From assembly GCA_052327205.1 (NCBI GenBank), contig CM126222.1, forward strand, positions 49,538,001 through 49,602,000: 64,000 nt of DNA. The letters are read 5' to 3'. The position numbers and the translations under genes were made by a program. Origin of the DNA: Somniosus microcephalus (taxonomy: Eukaryota). Below, one piece after another: positions 51,920 to 63,528 of the stretch. The stretch's first letter is position 1; every line of letters begins with the position of its first letter. Under the pieces are notes generated by a model, which worked only from the letters and a program-made list of their open reading frames with translations, did not search any database and was not told where the DNA came from.

Positions 51920-53070
51920 AAAAGGGGAAGTTGTGGTGCTGGCAGAAAAGTAGACTAACTGTTCAATGGTACAATGGAGACATATGGGAAATGATGCGCA
52001 CTATAATGCTGAAGATTTGGGTGTCCGGCAACAAAAGCTGCGCTGAAGGAGGGTACCTCCATTTGGGGCTAAAAGCCACCATGCATTAAAAGCACAGGTG
52101 GTGGCTGAATGGAGGAAGGTTGCTAGCCAAAGCATTGCATTTATCCAGGTCCCTCATACTTGGCTGTAAATAGGTAAAAATGTGCTGGCATCAGGAGCAA
52201 GGTAAAAGTAAGTGTGCTGCTTACTTTTGCACACGTTTCTTGTAACACACTACTATGTCACATTGGGAACTCTGCACTCATTGGGCGATATCATTTAAAG
52301 CATTGTGCTCAACTAGTGACTTTCTGCACACTACCTTTCGATAAGTTGCATGGCACACTTTTCATGGGGGTAGCAGCAGATGCCATGGAGTTCAGGTCAA
52401 GGCACACCTTTGCTTTTAAAAGGATTCTCAGTGGGATCAGCCGCCATGGATGCAAAGGATAGCTCTATTCTCCGAAGATCCATCTACCCAGTGTTTTTTT
52501 ATCCTTCAAGTAATGCAGGCATTTTAGAATACCACATATTGAAGGCATCATGCCTGCTTCTTGGATATGCATTGTGATGTTTCTATGGCCAGAGTACAAA
52601 TCCTCTCTCTTCATGAAGGCCACGGGGATATGAAGAGCTCTGATACCCACACGATGGCTATCAATGCTACCTTGCACTCCAGGGAACAGTGACACCCACT
52701 GAAAGCTCTGCATCCTATTCAGCTGATGCCTCCTTTCCATAGGGAAAGTGTTGCCCGATACAAGCATAGCATTAATCACTTGCTTGATGCATGTGTGCAC
52801 TGCAGACTGGCTGAGGTGGTTGATGTCTGCTGTGCTGATTTAGAAGGATTCAGCAGCATGAAAGCTTAATGTTGTGGTAAGCTTCACTTCTACAAGGAGA
52901 ACCATCCCTGAACCAGATAAATGCCCATCACATCTGGTTTCGGATTGGGAAAAAGATAGCCACCCTACCCCTAAGCCTACCCAATTTTTTGATGGATTGT
53001 TCCATTGGCGTTGTCATGCATTTGAACTTGGTCAGGCCTCTGCTGTTCGCTGATTGATTTATGACATCAT
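51920..53070 (-). mobile_element. Decayed Harbinger (transposase on -, Myb remnant on +)
   Basis: ORF 52465-52800(-) HTCIKQVINAM...FPGVQGSID..VGIRA resembles the HARBI1-type FP.VQGAIDCTHV motif. Confidence 0.65.
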
Positions 53071-53148
53071 CCAATGATAGCTGGGAAAAAGAGCAGACTT
53101 TTATCATTAGCACTTAAGATGTAGATTCAAGATTTTAAAATAATTTTT

Positions 53149-53620
53149 AAGAAAGAAAGACTTGCATTTATATAGCACCTTTCACAACCTCAGGCCGTCC
53201 CAAAGCACTTTACAGCCAATGAAGTACTTTTTCAAGTGTAGTCACTGTTGTACTATAGGAAACACGGCAGCCAATTTGCACACAGCAAGCTCTCACAAAC
53301 AGCAATGTGATAATGACCAGATAATCTGTTTTTTAGTGATGTTGATTGAGGAATAAATATTGGCCAGGAAACCGGGGAGAACTCCCCTGCTCTTCTTCGA
53401 AATAGTGCTATGGGATCTTTTCCATCCACCTGAGACAGCAGATGGGGCCTCGGTTTAACGTCTCATCTAAAAGACGGCACCTCCAACAGTGCAGCACTCC
53501 CTCAGTACCGCACTGGAGTGTCAGCCTAGATTTTTGTGATCAAGTCTCTGGAGTGGGGACTTGAACCCGCAACCTTCTGACTCCTAGGCGTGAGTGCTAC
53601 CCACTGAGCCACGGCTGGCA
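53149..53620 (-). mobile_element. DeuSINE (SacSINE1-like), full length
   Basis: Reverse complement of 20383-20840 with high similarity. Confidence 0.9.
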
Positions 53621-54031
53621 CTGGTTTTAATTTTGATTTTAATAAAAGATAAATGAGCCATCGAAATTTTAAAAGTGTTCTTTTAAGCCAGGCTTCTATT
53701 AATAGCCTGGGTGTCTGAAAGCACCCTTACCATTTAGTTCAGTTCATGCCAGCCGAACTCAACACTCGGTCCCACATTGAATATAATAATACACAACCCT
53801 GGGCAGCTTAAAGGGCAGCACTGTTACAATCAGTATCTGCTGGTGTTTAGCTGTTGACTTATAGTCTTCAGAAGATTGGGGTCTTGTCACGCTGGCTTTT
53901 TCTTTAGATTCATTGACGCATTTGTCGACAGAAATTCTCTGTTGGAATTTATGTATGTAAAATTTTTGAAGCTCGGGTTATAATATTTCATTAAAAAAAA
54001 AAAAAAATGCCACGCTACATAATGATTTAAT

Positions 54032-54764
54032 GGCCCGGAATTTGCAGTCAGCAGCGAAGCGAAGGCATTCGCCACTAGCCCCGAACTATGCTCTGCACAA
54101 GGATCTCGTGATGCCTGTGTCGAGAACTTTGGGTTTTCCAACCTTCAATTCAATTCAATTCAATGGAACTTAATGGGGATCCCCTTGTGCGAACTGCTGT
54201 GACATCAACAGGCTGTCTGAGCAACCAATCAAAAGACAGAATTCTCACAGATAGCGAACAAGGAAGTGAGTAAGCTCTTAAAATTCTAAATTAGAGCTAA
54301 ACAAAATTTTGGGGCTCTCACATGGGGAAAGGTCAAACCTGAAATAAAGATGGACAAACTTTAAAAAAAAGTTTAAAAACATTTTTGAAAAGTTTAACAA
54401 TTTTATTTTTTATTAAAATGGACAAATTTCACACTGCACAATACTAGAATTAATTTTCCAGGCCCTTAACATTTGTTTAGCTATCAATACACAGCTAAAA
54501 CCCTAGTCACACCTAATCCCTTTGGATCTAACTTTTAGTGAGGAAGTTTTAAAGGCGTAATTACTGCGGAAGAGACAAATTTTCATCAGTTTCAATGATT
54601 TGGCTGATTACACAGATTGCCGGCTATATTGTGGGGGGGTTGGCACGGTGCAGCCAGTTTCGGCGCCGTCAATGACAGACCGCAACTTCAGGATTTCCGC
54701 ATGCGCCTGCGCCAAATCCCAAACACTGCCAGTCCGCCGTCCTCCCGACTGCAAATTCTGGGCC
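54032..54764. mobile_element. Non-autonomous Harbinger-type element
   Basis: 18-bp TIRs ggcccggaatttgcagtc / gactgcaaattctgggcc (17/18 match) and TSD AAT. Confidence 0.88.
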
Positions 54765-55899
54765 AATGAATGTTCCAAAATGATTATTTCCAGCACTGCC
54801 CCATGGTGCCCTGAGGCCACCGCTGAACATCAGACCATGGTACTTTGTGAATGTAACTGTTTTCACATTTTGATAGGCAGTGCGACTGGCAGTAGGAATC
54901 TTAGGGTACAGTAAAGTTAATACTTTCATGTTGATGCACATTGACAACAAAGTGGTAGCATAACTCCAGAATCGGGTCCCAACTGTAATAAGTTGCCCGG
55001 GTTGCAGTGTGATTCTGGAAAACATCCAATCCAAGCAGTGTAAGATTCTCCTCCAGCGGGCATTCTCACAGCACTTGGGCTGGAGAACAAGTGGGATATA
55101 ACTCGAGCGCCGCGTGACGCTAGACTTTCAATGTTGTGAGAAAGCTGATGTTCCTGCCTGCTCTTTCCTAATATTAAAAAATACAGCTTCAACAATTAAA
55201 AAAATATATATTGAGAAACCGGAGCTCTGTGCACGGTGGAAGCAAACCTACAGTGTTCGATGAATCTTGCCAAATGAACTCCACAAGGACCCACCTCAGA
55301 CCAGTAGTGCAGTTTACAGCAGTGTTGGTGCCCGAGTGTGGCTACTGATTGGTTTCTTTGGTGAGATGTTGGTGTGGACAATGGCTAATATCGCTATAAG
55401 TGAGTGGGCGATGAATTCCTCCGGTCACTATTTCATACAAAATTGTAAAAACATTTAAAAAGAATGGGTTTATGATTTTGCTGGAAATAGCACTGAGGAG
55501 ATCGCCCCACTGCGGTTCCAAAATATTAGCCATTCTGAAGACACAGTTTGGAATTTTCTAGATATGATCAGTGTGAAGAAAACTATCGATACAGATTGTA
55601 TCGGAAGGCGATTTAAAATCGATTTTGCACCAAGGCCTCATATTGATAACATTGCTATTGTCTGCTTGAGGCCACTCTCATTCACTGAACACTTTATATG
55701 GAAGGTTAGATCTAGAAAACCATGACACAGGAGACATAGAGGCTACGTTTCAACTTTCTGCTGGAGCATAAACCCGGTGTCATGGGTCTGGCGCCCGTTA
55801 ATAGAAACCAGACGATTTTCCCTTCCATTGATTTCAATGCCAGTTCTCACTCCAGCAGTAACTTGAAAATTCCCCCCATTATTTCAGCTACCCAGTGTC

Positions 55900-56200
55900 T
55901 GTCAGATATGCCGTGGTTAGAGGCAGAATAAAGCTCACTTATATGCTGTACCCCAACAATTTACCTCAGCCTCCCCCCTCTTTCAGAAGAAGGCCCCCCT
56001 ATAAAGCCATACTGTGGTCTCTGAGTGAGATTGTCAAATAATGCTTTGGCCCCATAGCCAATAAGAGCTGGATTAAGACCACCCAAACTCATATCACTTA
56101 GGGCACTTATAAGTAGCAAACACAGACTTTCACCCTGGGCTGAATTGGAACCCAGGTCCCAGAGGTGAAAGGCCAGTGTGTAACACATTGCACCACCCAA
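55900..56200 (-). mobile_element. LF-SINE-like element
   Basis: Minus strand gcctttcacctctgggacctgggttccaattcagcccagg...gtgatatgagtttgggtggtcttaatccag matches my recall of the LF-SINE head and core. Confidence 0.65.
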
Positions 56201-57779
56201 GTTTCTCTATTTTTCATCTTCCAATTTTTATTTTCACTGAAGTGAAATAATGAACTATCGTGCAATGAAAATAACCATGATAATTGTAGAACAAGTTCTA
56301 TTTTAAATGACAGAACAAGTAGCAGGATGTTGCACTGGTGACCTCCAGTGTGTTGAGGTCTTCCATGCATATGAAAGATAATCAGCCTCATCTTCTATTC
56401 ATTAATCACTGCTGAGTTCAGAATTAAACACCTTCGAGAATGCAGCCCACACTGTTGAACCGTTTGTATTTTTCATTTTCCTTGAGTGAATTATAACTGA
56501 TCAGTAAAAGCATGCTCACTCTTGTCAGGTGTCCTGTATTTTGCTTATGTTCTGTAAAGATAAGCTGGAATGCTCTCAGTGACTGGGGCTGAGTTGAATG
56601 CTTTCATTAACGTGCAGAGTTGCGATTTTGTTTCCTTCATTACACTAGTCAGTTATTATTGGTGCTCAGTGTCTGTGGTGCCTGCAGCCGAGTAGCCAAG
56701 CTACAGCACCTGGGCCATTTCTAGTCGTTGACTCCTGGCAATCTGGCCCACAAAACCCAGGCTGCAGTTCTATTTGGGCTTTTATTTCTTACCCACTGAT
56801 TGGTCCTGCTTAATTTTATGGGCCTGAAGATTTGAAAAGGGCTCTTCGCGCTGTTGTCTCATTTTTAAAAAAACACCTATGCAATTAGTCAATTTTGGAT
56901 CTGGCACATGTTGGTATGTCTGTATGACATGAAGCATACTCAAATTTCACATTTATTAAAAACACTCTTAAAGCCTAGTTCACGCAACTCTGAAAAATTT
57001 CCCATTCACAAAAAAGATCCGATCACGTCCCTAAAAACTAATTTTCCAAGTCCTTTGAATGGCCATGTTGGTTCCCCGCCTGCCCACACTATGCTGGCTA
57101 GTTACCAGCAACAATGGCAGAGACGGGTGTTATAAATGGCAGTGAACCAGGAGATAAGTTGAATTTGCCTGTTTTTTGTTCTTTCTCTGTTGCTTTCTCT
57201 GTTGCTTTCTGTCTTCTGCCTAAAAAAAAGTGAAATTGATGTTTTCTTTTTAAAACTCCTGTTACTTCTTAAAGGGCTTGCTAATGAGCTTTCAGAGAAA
57301 GGTAGAAATGAGCTTCGTTGCTGCATTTGAGTTAATCAACTATGAAGCAGTTAAACTTTGCAGTAAAGTATCTATTCAACGGGAGATTTTCAGCAATTGT
57401 TGCATCAACTGGTTCAGTGTTGGAGGTGATAGAAGGTAGCCAAGGTGTTTTGACTTCACCAGGGATAATCGCGCCTGCCATCAATGAGCGTTGTTGCACT
57501 CACCGGCACTTTAAGCAGCACAGGGCTCAGAACACTTATAGACAGATGAACAGCAAACTCCAATGTCGTGCTCAGATTATACTTCATTCTCCCTCGTAGT
57601 GCAGTTTTAATGCATACTACAACAAGCAGATGATGTACATAATTTTTACAACTTGAATTGTAGTTACATGCCCCCAGCCTTGACTCCGTGGATCTCCCTG
57701 ACTGCCACCTTAGGCTGAACCCGGAAGTACGGAGCCTTGCTCGACCCTCAGCTCAGCATCTTCCCCCCACATTTCCCCG

Positions 57780-58380
57780 ATCACCACGACCACTTTCTTT
57801 CATTTCTGTAACACGCCCATCTGCCCTTCTGCCATCAAAACTCTGATTCATGCCTTTATTATCTCACGGTAAATTTCTCTAATGCTCACCCTGCTGGCCA
57901 CCGCCATTCACAAAATAAAACTCATCCAGAACGCTGCGGCACATATTCTCACCCACTCTAAGGCCAACGTTTCCATCACACCTGTCCTTGACAACTCTAC
58001 TGGCTCCTCATGCCCGAGTGAACTGACATGAGGAACCTTGTCCTCACCTTCAAATCTTTCACTGCCCCAGCAATCTCCTCCACTCATACAGCCCTGCATG
58101 CATCCTCCGACACCAGCCTACTCCTAGTCCTTACTCCACCATCACTGGCTGCTCCTTCAGCCAGTCGCCCCTAACCGTGGGAATGCTCTTCCCCAGCAGC
58201 TTTGTGACCTCCCTCCCTCTAAATGCCTTCAAAAGCCTCTGAGACCCCTTTCCCCTCAATTGTGCTTTCAGCCCTCCTCTCGGCCTCTCTTTTTGCCTTT
58301 CCCCTTCCTGTTTGGTGTCTACTATTTTTCCACTACCCTGTAAAGCATTTTCAGATATCACTCTGCACCTGAGAGCTGCA
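57780..58380 (+). mobile_element. Decayed L2 LINE 3' region
   Basis: TLIHAFI and KLIQNAAAHIL...ITPVL..L motifs. Confidence 0.7.
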
Positions 58381-58552
58381 AGTTTTAAGGAACATTTTGT
58401 AAGTGATGTTTTACATCTTTGTGTGCAATATGCTGCATAATGAAATCAATCAAATGAGTGCTCGTATGAAACACTTAATCAATTTAGCTTCTAATTGAGC
58501 TGTAATGAATGCAAGGCAATCTAGTAAACCTGATTTTCCCCTCTGTCTCTAG

Positions 58553-58685
58553 TGACTGGTTTTCCATACCCAGGAGCTGGAGCAGCTGTGGCCTACAGAG
58601 GAGCTCATTTACGGGGGCGAGGTCGCGCTGTTTACAACACCTTTCGCGCTGCACCCCCACCACCGCCTATCCCAACGTACGGAGC
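58553..58685 (+). CDS. RBFOX3: RBFOX3-like exon [45 protein letters not shown] (133 nt)
   Basis: ctctgtctctag| acceptor and AGC|gtaagt donor. [25 protein letters not shown] is the RBFOX3-type sequence, and EFYA joins VTGFPYP directly as in RBFOX3. Confidence 0.95.
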
Positions 58686-58959
58686 GTAAGTAGCAGTGCA
58701 AAACTGTCATCGTCCTTGACTTGGCAGATCTGTTTATTTTATGGCCCATTATCAAGTGTTCAGTGCAAAATGCTTTCTAAGAATTTAAATTCCTTAAATG
58801 TAGATGAAATAATAGATTTATACAGGGAGAGCTGTTTTGGGCTTGTTCTGTGAGCGCTAGGATTAGAGCCTCGTTTTAAATTCAATCCCTGCTGTTTTGT
58901 GTAGCATTAGGCTATAGTGTGGCCAGCCATGACATGTGGTGTGTTATATATCTGCATTT

Positions 58960-59140
58960 GTTGCTTCATCGTCGCTAGGTCAAAATCCTGGAACTCCCTC
59001 CCTAATAGCACTGTGGGAGCACCTTCACCACACGGACTGCAGCGGTTCAAGAAGGCAGCTCACCACCACCTTCTCAAGGTCAACTAGGGATGGGCAATAA
59101 ATGCTGGCCTTGCCAGCGACGCCCACACCCCATGAACAAA
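58960..59140 (+). mobile_element. Short 3' end of the second LINE family
   Basis: tcaaaatcctggaactccctccctaa...gggcaataaatgctggccttgccagcgacgccca. Confidence 0.85.
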
Positions 59141-59414
59141 TACAAATTTGTGCTCTGATGCTATGGGGATGATGCTATTTTCCTTTATGCTGTATCACCA
59201 GTGAATAATTTACAATAGATTACAGGCAAATTCTGTAAGCAGAACCTACTTGATGCTACAAAAGAACATCCTCTCTTACTCTTGTCTCTGTAAACTGTTT
59301 TATTTTGAAGCGGTTAAACGTAATGGGAAATTTGACACATCTATGGGGAAAGGTTTCTACGGTATGCTAGGTGTGGTGAAATTGTAAACCCATTTATCAA
59401 GAGTGGGCTTACAA

Positions 59415-60145
59415 TTTTGCTACACTTAATGCAAAGAAATCTTCCTTCCTCCCCACTCCAATCATTAACCTAGGTCTTGGCCCTGGAGTTAAATTCCCTG
59501 TAATTTAGTGGCGAGAGTAGCTCACTTTCCCTGTTGTTGTGGCCTTTCAGAGCTGTACAACCTTTAGAGGAGTGTTTTTCTAATTTAAAAAAAAGTATAG
59601 ACAATAAATGTTGCTACCAAAAAGAAAAGCTGGTGGGAAAAATACTTCAAATGTTGCTGTAACAAAGTGAAAGGGAGCCGCTACAACCTGGTTAATGTGA
59701 GATACAGAGGGCAAATTTGCTTTTGAAAGATTATTTGTCTTACACAGCATAGATGCATAATTGGATCGCATTTTAATTAAAGTTTTAATAGGAAAATTAT
59801 TTGTCTTCAATTTATGTTTGAAGTTCCTATTTTTCACTACAAATGTGGTTAATTATTCTCCTCCACCTTCCCCCCGCAACTGCCCTGAATTGTTCTAATT
59901 ATCGAAAAGAATTTGAAGGACTTTCCCACCAGCTATTTTTTTATTGGTAGCAACATTTATTGTCTATACTTTTTGTAATTAGGAAAACTCTCCTCTAAAG
60001 GTTGTACAGATCTGAAAGACCACCACAACAGGGAAAGTGAGCTACTCTCGCCACTAAATTAGAGAATTTAACTCCAGGGCCAAGATCTAGGTTAATGATT
60101 GGAGTGGGGAGGAAGGATGACTTCTTTGTATTAAGTGTAACAAAA
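59415..60145. repeat. Long inverted repeat, arms 59415-59652 and 59911-60145, ~260-bp spacer
   Basis: For example aatttagtggcgagagtagctcactttccctgttgt pairs with acaacagggaaagtgagctactctcgccactaaatt. Pairing continues over ~235 bp. Confidence 0.95.
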
Positions 60146-60257
60146 ATAGAAAATGTCCCTTTTCAACCTTACCCTGCAACATTTTGCAGATTGTCTAGAG
60201 CAGGGTCACACATATTAGCTTAATTTTTTTGTTCTCTCTGTTTGCTTATATTAACAG

Positions 60258-60261
60258 AAAG
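60258..60261 (+). other. Candidate 4-nt microexon AAAG (or recursive splice site)
   Basis: ttttttgttctctctgttTGCttatattaacAG|AAAG|GTGAGC: long pyrimidine tract, TGC at -15, CAG acceptor, strong donor. Confidence 0.5.
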
Positions 60262-60266
60262 GTGAG

Positions 60267-61127
60267 CATAGAAACATAGACGATAGGAGCAGGAGTAGGC
60301 CATTCGGCCCCTCGAGCCTGCTCCGCCATTTAATGAGATCATGGCTGATCATCCAAATTCAGTACCCTGTCCCTGCTTTCTCCCCATATCCCTTGATCCC
60401 TTTAGCCTTAAGAAATATATCTAACTCCTTCTTGAATATATTTAATGAATTGGCCTCAACTGCCTTCTGTGGTAGAGAATTCCACAGGTTCACCACTCTC
60501 TGGGTGAAGAAATCCCTCCTCATCTCTGTCCTAAATGGCTTACTCCTTATCCTTAGACTGTGACCCCTGGTTCTGGACTCCCCTGCCATTGGGAACATCC
60601 TTCCTGCATCTAGTCTGTTCAGTCCTGTTAGAATTTTATAAGTTTCAATGAGATCCCCTCCCATTCTTCTAAACTCCAGCGAATATAAGCCCAATCGACC
60701 CAATCTCTTCTCATACGTCATTCCTGCCATCCCAGGTATCAGTCTGGTGAATCTTTGCTGCACTCCCTCATGGCAAGAACATCCTTCCTCAGATAAGGCG
60801 ACCAAAACTGCACACAATACTCAAGGTGTGGTCTCACCAAGGCCCTGTACAACTGCAGCAAGACATCCTTGCTCCTGTACTCGAATCCTCTCGCTATGAA
60901 GGCCAACATACCATTTGCCTTCTTAACCGCCTGCTGCACCTGCATGCTTACCTTCAGCGTCCGGTGCACAAAGACACCCAGGTCTCGTTGCACTTCCCCT
61001 TCTCCCAATCTATTGCCATTCAGATAATAATCTGCCTTCCTGTTTTTGCCACCAAAGTGGATAACCTCGCATTTATCCACATTATACTGCATCTGCCATG
61101 CATCTGCCCAATCACCCAACCTGTCCA
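60267..61127 (-). mobile_element. Young CR1 (HER1-like), 5'-truncated
   Basis: ORFs 60739-61152 and 60359-60817 are nearly identical to 5464-6198. Confidence 0.95.
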
Positions 61128-61509
61128 CGAGGTGTGAAGCCAGTTTGCCCACTTTGTTTGCTTTCCAACTTTGTTGACGACATTACAAAATGGAAGAACG
61201 TGCACCTTAACGTGCCTTTTCTTCAAATGTTCCATTCGATATGTGGATGCATGATTGCAATCTTATCCTTCAAAATTGGCTTAGTCTCTTCATAACTCAG
61301 TAATCAATGAAATATTTATCCCAGTTGATTTAGATATGAATTACTTGCAAGCTGCAAAACACAATTTGGCCAGCCTTTCTCACCAGATCACCTCAGTGTG
61401 ATTGTAATCAGTAAACTTGTAATCTAGTAGCTCGAGTCCTACAGCTACACCATAAGCTCTGGCCTCCCTTGTAGCTGAGGAGCTGGGAACTTGCTTTCAC
61501 TCTGAAGAT

Positions 61510-63275
61510 GAGTTGTCGTTACCCACGCGGAGTAATTTGACAGGCTAAACAGAAAAGGTTACACAAGTACAAGGTGAAGTGGAAATCCAGCGGACTGGGA
61601 GAGCTAGTAAAAGTAACAAATGGATACAAAGAAAGTAATAAAAAAGCGTAAAAAGGGAATATGAAAAACTTGCAAGGGTTATGAAAGCTAACAGCAAAAG
61701 GTCTTATAAATATATTAAGAGCTAAAGACCTAGAAATTCACTATAGCCCCGTTTGGGGCGCCAGCCTCGCCAGGGCGCTAAAAGTAGTGCCCCGGAAGCA
61801 GTTGCGGCCGCCCGCCGGAAATTCAGTTTGCGCGCCCCAGAGGGAAGCGCGGCGCTACTGGAGGCGCTCCGCATCCCTCTTGGGGTGCTGCAACTGAATA
61901 TCGTAGCGCAACGTGCCGCAGCACCACACACTGCGGCATGGCGCGCTGCGGTACTGCAGGCCTTCCTCCCCTTCTTAAAGGGGAGGGGCCTTGTGCAGCG
62001 CGATCGAGGATCGCGAGTGCCGGCAAAAGAGCCCAGCAGCGAGGAGAAGTGCCGGGCTTTTGGAACGCAGTCGGCACTCCGCGGGGGGGTGCTCAGGAGG
62101 CCGGGGACGGCAGCGCGGAGAGGTGCTGGCAGGCGGCCAGCAAAAAAAATGGCCGCCCGCACCTCTCCTTTAATTAGCACCTCTACCGCCGCAGGTAGGC
62201 CCCCCTGAACCGGTCGCAAATAGCGCCCAGATAGCGCCCAGTGTTAAAGCAGGGGGCGCATCTAAATATCGTGATCGGGGCATTAGGGCGCTGCGCACGC
62301 CGATGATGTCATCGGTAGCGGCGCAGCGCTAACGGCTAGCGCCGCCATTAGCGCTTTGCTGAATTTAGCGGGAGGCATGGCCAGTGGCTTCCGACCCATT
62401 TAGCACCCTCTTAAGACACTAACGGGTGGCGCAGCCCACTGAATTTCTAGGCCAAAGAATGGTAAAGGGAAATGTGAATCCATTAAAGACAGGAGCAGGT
62501 GAGAATATAATAGACTATAAGGAAACAGCAGACATGTTAAATGAGTACTTTGTATCCTTTTTCACAATGGAGAAAGAGGACAAAATACAAGGGAGCTTAA
62601 AATAAGTCAAGGAGTGGAACTTAATGGATTTAATATAAGTAAACAAAAATGGTAATGGAGAAAATAATGGGATTTAACATATACATGCTTTCAGGAGCTG
62701 TTGGTTTCCACCCCAGAGTATTAAAAGAAATAGGTGAGAAAAGTAGTCATAATTTTCCAAAGTGCTCTCAATTCAGGAATTGTACCTTCCGATTGGGAAA
62801 TTGCTAATGTCACTCCATTATTTAAGAAGGGAAGGAGGGAGCAGCCAGGTAGCTACAGACCTGTCGGTTTAATAACAGTTAAGGGGAAGTTACTGGAATC
62901 TGTCATCAGGGACAGTGTGACAGTACTTGGGCAAGTATGAGCTGATCAAAAAGAGTCAGCTTGGATTTGTGATGGGTAGATTATGTCTGACTAATCTAGT
63001 TGAATTTTTTTTAAGGAGGTCACTAGCATAGAGTGTCTATGGATGTTGATTATTTTGACTTTCAGAAGACATTTGATAAGCTTCCACACGAGATAATTAG
63101 CAAACACGAAAATGCATAGTATTGGAGGTAACCTTATGACATGGGTTAGTAATTGGTTGGGAGGTAGCGGACAGAGAGTAGGGATAAAGGGAACATTCTC
63201 TGATTGGCAAGATGTGACAAATGGTGTTCCCCAGGGATCTGTACTGTGGCCTCAACTTTTCTCCATATATATTAA
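61510..63275 (+). mobile_element. Older CR1 ORF2 fragment split by a MITE
   Basis: NSKRSYKYIK upstream of the MITE; WEIANVTPLFKKG, SYRPV and GVPQGSVL downstream. Confidence 0.85.
61727..62453. mobile_element. GC-rich Harbinger-type MITE, second copy
   Basis: TIRs gacctagaaattca / tgaatttctaggcc and TSD AAA. Paralogous to 11444-12191. Confidence 0.88.
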
Positions 63276-63528
63276 TAGGAACATAGAAACTAGGAACAGG
63301 GGGAGGCCATTCAGCTCCTCGAGCCTGTTCCGCCATTCAATTAGATCATGGCTAATCTGTATCTTAACTCCATCTACCTGTCTTGGTTGCATAAACCTTA
63401 ATACTCTTGCCTAACAAAACTCTATCAATCTCAGTTTTAACATTTTTAATTGACCAAGTCTCAACTGCTTCTTTTGGGAGAGAGGCCCCAATTTCCACTA
63501 CCCTTTGTGTGAAGAAGTGTTTCCTGAC
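63276..63528 (-). mobile_element. CR1 3' end
   Basis: RKHFFTQRVVEI plus the 3'UTR hairpin. Confidence 0.8.

Noticed and set aside
59345-59375. GFYG peptide as the next RBFOX exon (VVYQDGFYG...)
   Set aside because: The context reads MGKGFYGML with no acceptor and lies in a MITE-like palindrome. The real exon is presumably beyond the window.
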